Part shown: positions 51,945 through 63,699 of the stretch, piece by piece
How positions within the stretch are numbered: position 1 is the stretch's first letter
Layout: the number at the start of each line of letters is the position of its first letter
DNA from: Macrostomum lignano
Taxonomy: Eukaryota
Direction: 5' to 3'
DNA: 64,000 nucleotides
NCBI GenBank assembly: GCA_002269645.1
Contig: NIVC01000040.1
Coordinates: 682,001-746,000, forward strand
Notes under the pieces: model-generated
What the model was told of the DNA's origin: nothing
The model's input: only the letters and a program-made list of their open reading frames with translations
Database searches by the model: none
Position numbers and translations under genes: made by a program

Positions 51945-54826
51945 TTACATTTGGTGTCATTATAGCGGTGGGATTTGATAGCCAAGCCGTGAAACTTTTA
52001 ATAATTTCCGACTTTTTACATTTGGTGTCATTATAGCGGTGGATTTGATAGCCAAGCCGTGAAACTTTTAATAATTTCCGACCTTTTACATTTGGTGTCA
52101 TTATAGCGGTGGGATTTGATAGCCAAGCCGTGAAACTTTTAATAATTTCCGACCTTTTACATTTGGTGTCATTATAGCGGTGGGATTTGATAGCCAAGCC
52201 GTGAAACTTTTAATAATTTCCGACTTTTTACATTTGGTGTCATTATAGCGGTGGGATTTGATAGCCAAGCCGTGAAACTTTTAATAATTTCCGACCTTTT
52301 ACATTTGGTGTCATTATAGCGGTGGGATTTGATAGCCAAGCCGTGAAACTTTTAATAATTTCCGACTTTTTACATTTGGTGTCATTATAGCGGTGGGATT
52401 TGATAGCCAAGCCGTGAAACTTTTAATAATTTCCGACCTTTTACATTTGGTGTCATTATAGCGGTGGGATTTGATAGCCAAGCCGTGAAACTTTTAATAA
52501 TTTCCGACCTTTTACATTTGGTGTCATTATAGCGGTGGGATTTGATAGCCAAGCCGTGAAACTTTTAATAATTTCCGACTTTTTACATTTGGTGTCATTA
52601 TAGCGGTGGGATTTGATAGCCAAGCCGTGAAACTTTTAATAATTTCCGACCTTTTACATTTGGTGTCATTATAGCGGTGGGATTTGATAGCCAAGCCGTG
52701 AAACTTTTAATAATTTCCGACCTTTTACATTTGGTGTCATTATAGCGGTGGGATTTGATAGCCAAGCCGTGAAACTTTTAATAATTTCCGACCTTTTACA
52801 TTTGGTGTCATTATAGCGGTGGGATTTGATAGCCAAGCCGTGAAACTTTTAATAATTTCCGACCTTTTACATTTGGTGTCATTATAGCGGTGGGATTTGA
52901 TAGCCAAGCCGTGAAACTTTTAATAATTTCCGACCTTTTACATTTGGTGTCATTATAGCGGTGGGATTTGATAGCCAAGCCGTGAAACTTTTAATAATTT
53001 CCGACCTTTTACATTTGGTGTCATTATAGCGGTGGGATTTGATAGCCAAGCCGTGAAACTTTTAATAATTTCCGACCTTTTACATTTGGTGTCATTATAG
53101 CGGTGGGATTTGATAGCCAAGCCGTGAAACTTTTAATAATTTCCGACCTTTTACATTTGGTGTCATTATAGCGGTGGGATTTGATAGCCAAGCCGTGAAA
53201 CTTTTAATAATTTCCGACCTTTTACATTTGGTGTCATTATAGCGGTGGGATTTGATAGCCAAGCCGTGAAACTTTTAATAATTTCCGACCTTTTACATTT
53301 GGTGTCATTATAGCGGTGGGATTTGATAGCCAAGCCGTGAAACTTTTAATAATTTCCGACCTTTTACATTTGGTGTCATTATAGCGGTGGGATTTGATAG
53401 CCAAGCCGTGAAACTTTTAATAATTTCCGACCTTTTACATTTGGTGTCATTATAGCGGTGGGATTTGATAGCCAAGCCGTGAAACTTTTAATAATTTCCG
53501 ACTTTTTACATTTGGTGTCATTATAGCGGTGGGATTTGATAGCCAAGCCGTGAAACTTTTAATAATTTCCGACCTTTTACATTTGGTGTCATTATAGCGG
53601 TGGGATTTGATAGCCAAGCCGTGAAACTTTTAATAATTTCCGACCTTTTACATTTGGTGTCATTATAGCGGTGGGATTTGATAGCCAAGCCGTGAAACTT
53701 TTAATAATTTCCGACCTTTTACATTTGGTGTCATTATAGCGGTGGGATTTGATAGCCAAGCCGTGAAACTTTTAATAATTTCCGACCTTTTACATTTGGT
53801 GTCATTATAGCGGTGGGATTTGATAGCCAAGCCGTGAAACTTTTAATAATTTCCGACTTTTTACATTTGGTGTCATTATAGCGGTGGGATTTGATAGCCA
53901 AGCCGTGAAACTTTTAATAATTTCCGACTTTTTACATTTGGTGTCATTATAGCGGTGGGATTTGATAGCCAAGCCGTGAAACTTTTAATAATTTCCGACT
54001 TTTTACATTTGGTGTCATTATAGCGGTGGGATTTGATAGCCAAGCCGTGAAACTTTTAATAATTTCCGACTTTTTACATTTGGTGTCATTATAGCGGTGG
54101 GATTTGATAGCCAAGCCGTGAAACTTTTAATAATTTCCGACTTTTTACATTTGGTGTCATTATAGCGGTGGGATTTGATAGCCAAGCCGTGAAACTTTTA
54201 ATAATTTCCGACTTTTTACATTTGGTGTCATTATAGCGGTGGGATTTGATAGCCAAGCCGTGAAACTTTTAATAATTTCCGACTTTTTACATTTGGTGTC
54301 ATTATAGCGGTGGGATTTGATAGCCAAGCCGTGAAACTTTTAATAATTTCCGACTTTTTACATTTGGTGTCATTATAGCGGTGGGATTTGATAGCCAAGC
54401 CGTGAAACTTTTAATAATTTCCGACTTTTTACATTTGGTGTCATTATAGCGGTGGGATTTGATAGCCAAGCCGTGAAACTTTTAATAATTTCCGACTTTT
54501 TACATTTGGTGTCATTATAGCGGTGGGATTTGATAGCCAAGCCGTGAAACTTTTAATAATTTCCGACTTTTTACATTTGGTGTCATTATAGCGGTGGGAT
54601 TTGATAGCCAAGCCGTGAAACTTTTAATAATTTCCGACTTTTTACATTTGGTGTCATTATAGCGGTGGGATTTGATAGCCAAGCCGTGAAACTTTTAATA
54701 ATTTCCGACTTTTTACATTTGGTGTCATTATAGCGGTGGGATTTGATAGCCAAGCCGTGAAACTTTTAATAATTTCCGACCTTTTACATTTGGTGTCATT
54801 ATAGCGGTGGGATTTGATAGCCAAGC
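51945..54826. repeat. 71-bp satellite, ~40.5 nearly identical copies
   Basis: TTTGGTGTCA starts at 52801 and 53511 (10 x 71); essentially one C/T polymorphism (GACCTTTT vs GACTTTTT); no spacers. Confidence 0.97.
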
Positions 54827-55519
54827 CTAGTCAGTAAAGTAAAAATTTAGTCAGTAAACACCGTCAAGTTCAATGCCTTTGAGGGCTATAACATTTGGTG
54901 GAATCAGCGTTGGGATTAAAGTGAAGTTTCAATAGCTTTTAAGGCCTTAATTCTACACTATATTAACAAGTTACGAACTGAAAGTCTGTATATGTTTAGG
55001 AACGAATTTATTTGCATAATTACGAATGAGTTAATATGCGCAACAATAGCAGTCGGATATGGATCGAAATGAAAATATTAAACTAGCAATCTGCCCCACC
55101 CCCATTGTGGACCAATAGATAAGTCGTAGTAGTAGTAGTAGTAAGAATTTGGCTCAGGCAATTAGCCTGTTTGGCCAATATATTATAGGGCAATGTATTT
55201 GGGTAAAAGATAAAAGTGATGAGGACGCACCTTTTTTCAATCTTAGAGCCGCACATTTTGCTTCGATGCGCTTTCCCCCTACTGGCAGTAGGCTAGCAAG
55301 GAATTTCTCTCCATTCTCTCATCTAGGCTAAATTCTATACTATTTTATGTCATTACTATTAGTTATGTTAGAAACTCAATGTACTTCTCTAAGTATTCTA
55401 ATTCTGGATTGTTTACGCACCTTTGAAGGTCAGACTGTCTGGGTTTGAGATGGATTGACCTCCAACAGTCTAGACAGGCGACACTAAGTCTGGGAGGAAC
55501 GTTTTCAACCTCGTTCTGA

Positions 55520-56297
55520 CCCCCAGATTTGTGGCTTTTTTACTGTTTTCGGTGATTTATGGCCGTCTAGCTGTCACTTTTGGCTCCAGCCTGTCTGGGT
55601 CAAAGAGGTCTTTCCAGCTTTCTCCCCACTCGCTCTGTTGCTTTCTCCTTTGATTTATGGGCGTTTTGCTGTCACTTTTGGCGCCAGGATGTCTAGACAA
55701 GTGACTTTTATTATGTTTTGCTTATGATTTATGACCGCACCTGTCAACTTCCCTGGGGTCTGAAGGCCACCTGGTGGGGTGGGTTTTTGGGTCTTGAGCT
55801 CAGCCAATCAGAGTCGACCTGACTGCCCCCGGCTCGACCAATCAGAAAATTCGGCACCTATTTTAACAAAAGCTCTCAACCAATCGGAAAATCGGCGTGC
55901 GTTATAACAAATCGGCCGCGTGAGAGCTAAAAAAGGCGGCAACTCGACCCGCGCTCGAGAAAGGTCCTCCTCCGGGACCGGCTGCCTTCCCTTCTCTTCT
56001 GGTCCTGCCGACCTGATCCCCCTTCCCCCGGCAGTTTCGGCTTCAACAGCCAAGTTCCCCCTGAGAAGCATCATCAAGATCTCCCGGCAGTGATCTAAGA
56101 GCAGCAACGACTATCGGCAAGCGAAGAGCAGCGGCGGCAATCGTCAGTCAAGATCAGCAACAGCCTCCCATCTGAGCGCTTCGGTCTCTGTGGATCCCTT
56201 GGCTACCGGCAGATAGGTCCTCTGATTGGTTTGGTGAGAGGCTCTCTTGACCTGCTTAACTGGGTGCACCCTTTGTCTGACCCCTTCCTAGGTAAGT
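55520..56297 (+). promoter_or_regulatory. Promoter/LTR-like segment: direct repeats, three CCAAT boxes and a downstream splice donor
   Basis: GATTTATGG..GCTGTCACTTTTGG-type repeats at ~55553, ~55652 and ~55727; CCAATC at 55804, 55838 and 55880; AG|GTAAGT at 56292. No downstream ORF identified. Confidence 0.4.
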
Positions 56298-57871
56298 CTG
56301 ATATGATTTGCACTTTTGCTTACTTGTTTTTGTGTGCCAATCTCGAGGCAGAAGTGTCAGTTAATATTAAAATTAGCCATTTGCTCTAACTCAATCTAAA
56401 GTGTTTAGGATTGCGGATTAAGTGAGAAAGTTAAATCTGGAAGTTAAAGACTTAGCGTTTTCTTTCTTTCTTCGCAATGCCAGCTGAGATGAGCGGCTAA
56501 ATCTAGAGGCAGAGGTCACGGTGGACCGGAAGCGACACAGTTCCCAGTCAATCAGTCGATCTAAGAAATCATTATGTTAAGCATGCAAATTAAGAGCCAG
56601 ACTGGCGCTTTGGCGCGGTCACAGGCAGTTAAGCGGCTAAAGTAAGTTAAATATTAGTCTAAAGATCTCAGAAAGTGACAGTGCATCTACATCATCGCTA
56701 TCTGTCGACGTGTTAACACATTTAGTGCCAAAAACGTGCAGTTACATGTACTTCTGGGAATTTGGTAATGAAATAGTACATTTAGTAGTGTATGAAGGCT
56801 CGCCAGCGCAAGAACCCCCTGCAAAAGTCCTCTCTGTCCCTGCATGGCCAATGCGATCTTAGTCCCAGCAGCGTCCCTTCTATTCGGCTGTGACTTCGAG
56901 ATTTAGACAGCTAAAAGACACTAGATGGCAGGTAAGTGCATTGCCTCTCTAGTCGGAAGTCCGATTTCGATAGCTCCGGTTTGGTGAGCCGGGGCGCACG
57001 GACTGGTGGCAGCGGGTTAGTTAATCTGCGGATTAGCTAATCTCTACCTTTCAAATTCTCCCTGCTTGTCTCTCGCTGTCTTCTCCTAGCTATAAGACCT
57101 TGCTGCTCGCCCACAATCTAGCTACCATGGGGCTGACCATCTGACAGGAGTGAGAGGCCAGAGTTCTAAGTGATTCATTTCTGAGTTCTGAGGCCCGAAG
57201 CTACAGGCTTAAAAAGGCCGAACCCATCAAAAGAAAGTTGTAAAAAGTATTGACCTTGTACAGTAACTATAGCTATTGCTAATTATTAAGGAAAATGATG
57301 CTAAAAGCAAATTAAAAGCATCCGCACTGACAGCTAGCCAGCGATGAGACTGATTTAGAAATATAAAATGAGGGGGGGGGGGGGTTTTAACCGGCCATAA
57401 CTGTGAGGCGCCATAATATACACTAGAGGCCGAGGAGCACCATAATACACTTGAGAGGCGCCACAAAATACTAGAGGGGTGTTGTGTCTTATAAAGAGGT
57501 GACTAGAAAGTCAAACGGCCCTTTTCAGGGTCACCCTAAAGTAACTTAGCAGTCGTGGCTAAAAAACTGGAAGCACAAATAAATATTCGAACTATGAGGA
57601 ACACTATGATGCGGTCCAGTTTTCTAATGCTAAAATAAAACCCCCCGCCAGCGCGCGGAGTAACAATATTCTATCTCTGTTCCTACAGTGCACGTCTGGG
57701 ACAAACCCACGTAAACAGCCCTAGGCTCGTTCTCTTGAGTTTTTCTTTCGTACAACAGGACACCCGGGCTGCATGAAAACACCTGGGGAAGCCCTGGGTT
57801 CTGGCGCTGATAGGTACAGCCACCAGGCCTCGTCCCCCTGGACTTTGTCCGTCTGTGGATGCTGCGGTAGC

Positions 57872-58602
57872 CAGGGCGTAGCCAGAGGGGGGGCAAGGGG
57901 GGCCGTGGCCCCCCCCCCATCACCAACTCTGGCTTTGGCGCCCCCCCCCTCTATAAGAAACTGGTGCCCCCGGCCCCTCCTAAAAGAAACTGGTGCCCCC
58001 GGCCCCTCCTAAAAGAAACTGGTGCCCCCGGCCCCTCCTAAAAGAAACTGGTGCCCCCGGCCCCTCCTAAAAGAAACTGGTGCCCCGGCCCCTCCTAAAA
58101 GAAACTGGTGCCCCGGCCCCTCCTAAAAGAAACTGGCGCCCCGGCCCCTCCTAAAAGAAACTGGCGCCCCCCCCCTAAAAGAAACTGGCGCCCCCCTATA
58201 AGAAACTGGCGCCCCCTAAAAGAAACTGGCGCCCCCCCCCTATAAGAAACTGGCGCCCCCCTAAAAGAAACTGGCGCCCCCCCCCTAAAAGAAACTGGCG
58301 CCCCCCTAAAAGAAACTGGTGCCCCGGCCCTCCTAAAAGAAACTGGTGCCCCGGCCCCTCCTAAAAGAAACTGGCGCCCCCCCCTAAAAGAAACTGGCGC
58401 CCCCCTATAAGAAACTGGCGCCCCCTAAAAGAAACTGGCGCCCCCCCCCTATAAGAAACTGGCGCCCCCCTAAAAGAAACTGGCGCCCCCCCCCTAAAAG
58501 AAACTGGCGCCCCCCTAAAAGAAACTGGCGCCCCCCCCTAAAAGAAACTGGCGCCCCCTAACTCACGCCCCCCCCCAATCAAAATTCCTGGCTACGCCCC
58601 TG
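57872..58602. mobile_element. hAT MITE expanded by internal tandem repeats (731 bp)
   Basis: TIRs CAGGGCGTAGCCAG / CTGGCTACGCCCCTG; perfect 8-bp TSD GCGGTAGC (57864-57871, 58603-58610); interior is (AAAAGAAACTGGYGCCCC...CT)n. Confidence 0.92.
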
Positions 58603-58649
58603 GCGGTAGCTGACGTTGCGGCCAAGATCCCATTTTGCAGTCACTTTCA

Positions 58650-59625
58650 TAAACGCGAAACTTCAAAACCGCTAAATTTCACAACCGCTAAATCACCCAC
58701 TTTCATAAGCGCGAAACTTCACAACCGCTAAATGTCATCTACTTTCACAACCGCTAAATGTCATCTACTTTCACAACCGCTAAATATCATCTACTTTCAC
58801 AACCGCTAAATGTCATCTACTTTCATAGCCGCTAAATGTCGTCTACTTTCACAACCGCTAAATGTCATCTACTTTCACAACCGCTAAATGTCATCTACTT
58901 TCATAACCGCTAAATGTCATCTACTTTCACAACCGCTAAATGTCATCTACTTTCACAACCGCTAAATATCATCTACTTTCATAACCGCTAAATGTCATCT
59001 ACTTTCACAACCGCTAAATGTCATCTACTTTCATAACCGCTAAATGTCATCTACTTTCATAACCGCTAAATGTCATCTACTTCACAACCGCTAAATATCA
59101 TCTACTTTCATAACCGCTAAATGTCATCTACTTTCACAACCGCTAAATGTCGTCTACTTTCACAACCGCTAAATGTCGTCTACTTTCACAACCGCCAGAT
59201 GTCATCTACTTTCATAACCGCTAAATGTCATCTACTTTCATAACCGCTAAATGTCATCTACTTCACAACCGCTAAATATCATTTACTTTCATAACCGCTA
59301 AATGTCATCTACTTCACAACCGCTAAATGTCATCTACTCGTACTTTCATAACCGCTAAATGTCATCTACTTTCACAACCGCTAAATGTCGTCTACTTTCA
59401 CAACCGCCAAATGTCATCTACTTTCATAACCGCTAAATGTCATCTACCTTCATAACCGCGAAACTTCACAACCGCCAAATGTCATCTACTTTCATAGCCG
59501 CTAAATGTCGTCTACTTTCACAACCGCTAAATGTCATCTACTTTCACAACCGCTAAATGTCATCTACTTTCACAACCGCTAAATGTCATCTACTTTCACA
59601 ACCGCTAAATATCTTCTACTTTCTT
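58650..59625. repeat. 26-bp minisatellite (~36 copies)
   Basis: Unit TTCACAACCGCTAAATGTCATCTACT. Confidence 0.95.
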
Positions 59626-60184
59626 ATTAGTAGAGTTCCAACTGGGCACAGATACCGTCTTCTCGGTGTAGGCTTCATAAGACCGGAATTTCGTAATGTT
59701 CGAACTGTACAGTACAGGGCGCGCAGTACTTAAGACTTGGAAATTTACGAATAATACAGGAATATAATACACAATGTCAATATTATATAATTATTGACAA
59801 TTGACATTACGAGCTATATATTAACAATAAAACAGTATATAATTATACAGATTTAGGACTCCGAACTCGGAACAGAGGCGGGCTTTTTGACCGTGTCTCC
59901 AAAGAAAGAACACTTGTTCCCCATTCGGGAAGAGAGCATGCTGCTTTATTTTTCTGTTATTTTCTCTGTTTTATTTTCCTGGCCCTTGTGCCTTCCTCAG
60001 TTCTCACCGGCACCGGCCATAGCAGGTGCCGGCTCTACTTTGTAGAGTATACTACTTTACTAAGCTTAATAAATTCTTCTAAAAAATATGAATACAGACT
60101 GAGGGATGGAAATGCAGACTCTGCTTCTGCCATATATCCCTGTGGTCACGTCCTGTGGCCCTTATCTATTACGAAAAGTCATTT

Positions 60185-62198
60185 CTAGAAAAAAATAGGA
60201 ATGAACATCACACAATCGCCTCGGCACACAGGGCACTGCAGTAGTCTGATCTGAACATTCTCTGAACAGATGGTGCAAACAACGTGACAACAAGGATATA
60301 TGGCAGAAGCAGAGTCTAAGTTTTCTAGACACACGGGGCATCGTCGTTCGCCGCCGCCAAGGCCCTGGTCGACGTTGTCGTCTTGCGGCTGCCCACCGGC
60401 GCCGCCAAGGGCCGGCTGGGCGACGTCTTGCGGCTGCCCACCGGCGCCGCCAAGGGCCGGCTGGGCGACGTCTTGCGGCTGCCCACCGGCGCCGCCAAGG
60501 GCCGGCTGGGCGACGTCTTGCGGCTGCCCACCGGCGCCGCCAAGGGCCGGCTGGGCGACGTCTTGCGGCTGCCCACCGGCGCCGCCAAGGGCCGGCTGGG
60601 CGACGTCTTGCGGCTGCCCACCGGCGCCGCCAAGGGCCGGCTGGGCGACGTCTTGCGGCTGCCCACCGGCGCCGCCAAGGGCCGGCTGGGCGACGTCTTG
60701 CGGCTGCCCACCGGCGCCGCCAAGGACCGGCTGGGCGACGTCTGGCAACTGACCTACAGCCAGTTCAGCAGCATCATGTGGGTCGTCTAGAGGGAAGGGA
60801 GACCAGCTGATACACTTAAATTGCGTAGAACCTCCAGAGGAGTTGCCCGTCCATTGCTTAATAGGTCATACTGCTGCCGAATGCGGATACGAGCTACTTT
60901 TTAGTACATTGCTTTCCTCGCGCTCGGCGGATTGGAACACCACGTTTTAGCCTATTTAGGTCAGCTGCATAGGTTGAACAAATGCTTCTTTTCGTTGAGG
61001 AATAAAGCGCTACAATGAAATCCCACATATTGGGATGGGCGGTCTCTACAAAGGTCCTCCATTGACTATGATAGGATTCCTGCTTACTATTGGTCCTGTC
61101 TTCGCAGTTGTGCACAGAGTGGACGGCTGCACCAACCCTCTCGAGCCAGTAGGTCCGGATGTACGTGTAGGCTCGATGCAGTGCTTCCATCTTGTCACTG
61201 GCAAGTGTTGTAACAAATGTCTCAGGTCGCAGGACAGCATGAAGTGCAGCAAGGTGTTGCGCAGGAAGCAGAGGCAAGCACAAAAGCAGTCTCACATAGC
61301 TTCGAACGTCAGTGTTGCGGCACATTTCACTCCATGGTCCAACCTTTTTTAGCTTCGTGAGGACAGCTTGCGTGTAGTGAAACCAACATCCATGAGCGGT
61401 TGATGTCGGAAATGCTTCCAGCAGAGAATCTCGCTGCGCAATTTCGTAATCCGTCATGACACTCAGTGGCTCGAAGGCAGGAAACAACTGCTTTACCTTC
61501 GACCACACTAAATGGTAGAGGGCCTTTGTCTTGCCAGTAAGTAGCGCAAAAAAGCAAGGAAAAAAGAAACCTTGTTTAACGATTCCAATGGTCACTAATT
61601 GAAAAAAACAGGCGAGGCACAACTCGGAATGTGCCATCAACGAAGATGTTGTTTGCATTTTGAAGCTCAGCCAGGAGTTCAGGGTGGGCAAAAAAACAGC
61701 AGCATGCTGGTCAACTTGACCGCTTCCCTGGAAAACTTCTTGCCATCTGCTCCGCAGTTTTGCAGATGCAGGTCCACGTCATGCAGAAGTTCGACAGCCT
61801 CATCAACAGATGTTGGGATTCGAGGCTGTACAGCTCGTCTTGCTCGCCACATGCGGAGCTCCACTTCTGGAAATCCAGCATCATGGCCCAGCTGCTTCAT
61901 CATTTGTTATTTCGTCAAAAACTACTCGTAAGCGCTTTAATTCTGGCTGTCTTGTCGCAGCTTCATTTATTCTTCGCTTTAACTTCATCTTTCCAATTTC
62001 TTCATCAGGGATTGGACCATGGTTATGAGTCCGACTGTGTGTGGCAGTCTCACCACTCAGCATAACCTTGGCGTAGCAGTCTTCATTACGACATGTAAAA
62101 TAGTGCTTCTCGTTCAGTGTTCTTTTGCACCTGTATGCATGCTGGTCTATTAGGAGAAGCCTTGAGCCCGTACGGCCTTCAACAAATTCAAATGGCAT
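60185..62198 (-). mobile_element. Mutator/MULE transposase gene: FLYWCH, DDE core, 8 x 15-aa repeat, C3HC4 RING; five 1-nt frameshifts
   Basis: FLYWCH (LLIDQHAYR..YFTCRNEDCYAKV..HNHG), IFVDGTFRVVPRLFFQLVTI (after frame repair), VMTDYE, GCWFHYTQA, RTNSKQESYH, then LLSNGRATPLEVLRNLS, (QDVAQPALGGAGGQP)x8 and CPVC-x12-CCH-x2-CTIC-x10-CPVC..FIPIFF*. Frameshifts at 61887-61889 (G3), 61690-61696 (T7), 61602-61608 (T7), 60898-60902 (A5) and ~60793 (C3). No TIR or TSD identified. Confidence 0.85.
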
Positions 62199-62471
62199 TT
62201 GTGGTATGGTTTATTTGATGAAGATAGCGTACTGAAAAGAGGAAAATGTTGAAAGGTAGTATCCATTTGATTGCATTGTTCATAAAAATACAACTAAGTG
62301 TATGTACAACCATTTTAAATATACCTAAAAATTGATCCTATTACGCCTCTATTACTATTTGTAGATAGAAATCTAAACTATATTATTCTGGTAGAGTAGC
62401 TCGCTTAATAAATAGGAATAAAATGAATGAGAGAACAAACATTAACTTGTTTTTATTTACTTTAATTCAAT

Positions 62472-62511
62472 TGCCAATGCATTTCGACCCTTGTAGGTCA
62501 TCGTCAGGGCA
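62472..62511 (-). ncRNA. Minimal type-I hammerhead ribozyme at the Penelope-like element 3' end
   Basis: Minus strand UGCC-CUGACGA-U-GACC(UACAAG)GGUC-GAAA-UGCAU-U-GGCA: stem I UGCC/GGCA, core CUGANGA and GAAA, G10.1-C11.1 pair, palindromic stem III (AUGCAU), NUH triplet AUU. Confidence 0.75.
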
Positions 62512-63013
62512 GTAATGAAATTGAAAATTCTAATAAACAGTTCAATAAATATACCTGTGATAAGTTGAATACACAATATAAATTATTGTACGTAGTTTTC
62601 AATCGACACAAGTTAACACACGGTGCAGTAGCGTACACTCCAAGCTGAAACACGCTGAGTTGGCGGCTGGCACCCCCCATAACTAGCTGGCAGTTGAGGC
62701 TCGGGTTCTGATCTTTGATGTACATAGCCTCTAAGATATTCAAAGTGTGCTCATGGCGACAAGAATCGATAATCTTAAATAAATCAATCGGTTTGCTGTT
62801 ACAGCATGAGTTGCATGTGAGAGGTGCTCCTGTACAGCAGATCTTTCTTTTGGTCCAGTGCTCCTTGACCCTGGTGTACAAGTGTCGCTTAGTTTTTCCG
62901 ATGTACGAAATACTCTGGTCGCCAGAGCAATGAAATTTATAAACGACACCTGCATTGAGAGGCCGAAGGACACGGGACTTCAAGTTGCAAACATACTGGG
63001 ACACCTTCTCTGT

Positions 63014-63699
63014 AACAACAACAACAAAATACGCTGTCATGATGGTAAAAGTCAGCGTCACAGGGCGCGCTTCATGGCTTGGGCGCGAACAAAGGCCGCG
63101 CCACCGGCAGTGTCCGGGGCGCCGGCGTCAGCCAGCAGACAGTCGACATAACGCCGAGTTCGCGCTTGACCTCGCCGGTAGGGTGCCTGCAGCGTGAGCA
63201 GCAGCACCTCCTGCACCGGCTGTGGGCAGTACGACTCGGCGCGGATGAGATGGCCTGCGAGCTGGAGTCGCCGACAGCGCAGTAGATCACTTGGACGTGG
63301 CAGGCCAGCGCGGCGATAGAGTGCCGCGTTGGTGACTCGCTCGACGCCGATGTTGAAGGCGGCGCGCAGCAGACCAGCGTGCGCCGCATCGACTTGCTGT
63401 TCGAGTGAGTCCGTCAGCGTCCAGGTCTCGGCGTTGTACAGCAGGACGGTCTCGATTACCGCCTGGAACAGCGCCGCCCTCTGGCGGTCCGGTAGGGCCT
63501 CGGACTGCAGGACTGCCCTCACAGAACGAAAGGCAGCCCAGGCAAGCCCGCGGCGGCGTCGCAGGTCCTCGCGAGCGTCTGGAACCAGACCGCCGAGGTA
63601 GACGAACTGCTGACATCGCGGGAGTTCGGTCGCCTGCCCATCAGCGCCTCGGCAAAATATTGCAGCCTCGATGTCGTCCGGCACGCAGAGCACAACGGT
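63014..63699 (-). mobile_element. 5'-truncated RTE-clade LINE inserted in the Penelope ORF
   Basis: ORF 63058-63693 with FVYLG, LLYNAETWTLT, RRLQLAGH, RRGQ; (TTG)n tail on the minus strand; 9-bp TSD CTTCTCTGT at 63005-63013 and 63700-63708. Confidence 0.92.

Noticed and set aside
50346-52197. Long CLPNFACR / KQSSASK ORFs
   Set aside because: Products of the 14-bp arrays.
51945-54826. CRISPR-like regular array
   Set aside because: Units are contiguous with no unique spacers, no cas genes are present, and the context is eukaryotic. The same applies to the 35-, 30-, 38- and 31-bp arrays.
57600-57870. Possible coding sequence interrupted by the 57872 MITE
   Set aside because: No frame on either strand gave a recognisable motif after removing the MITE.
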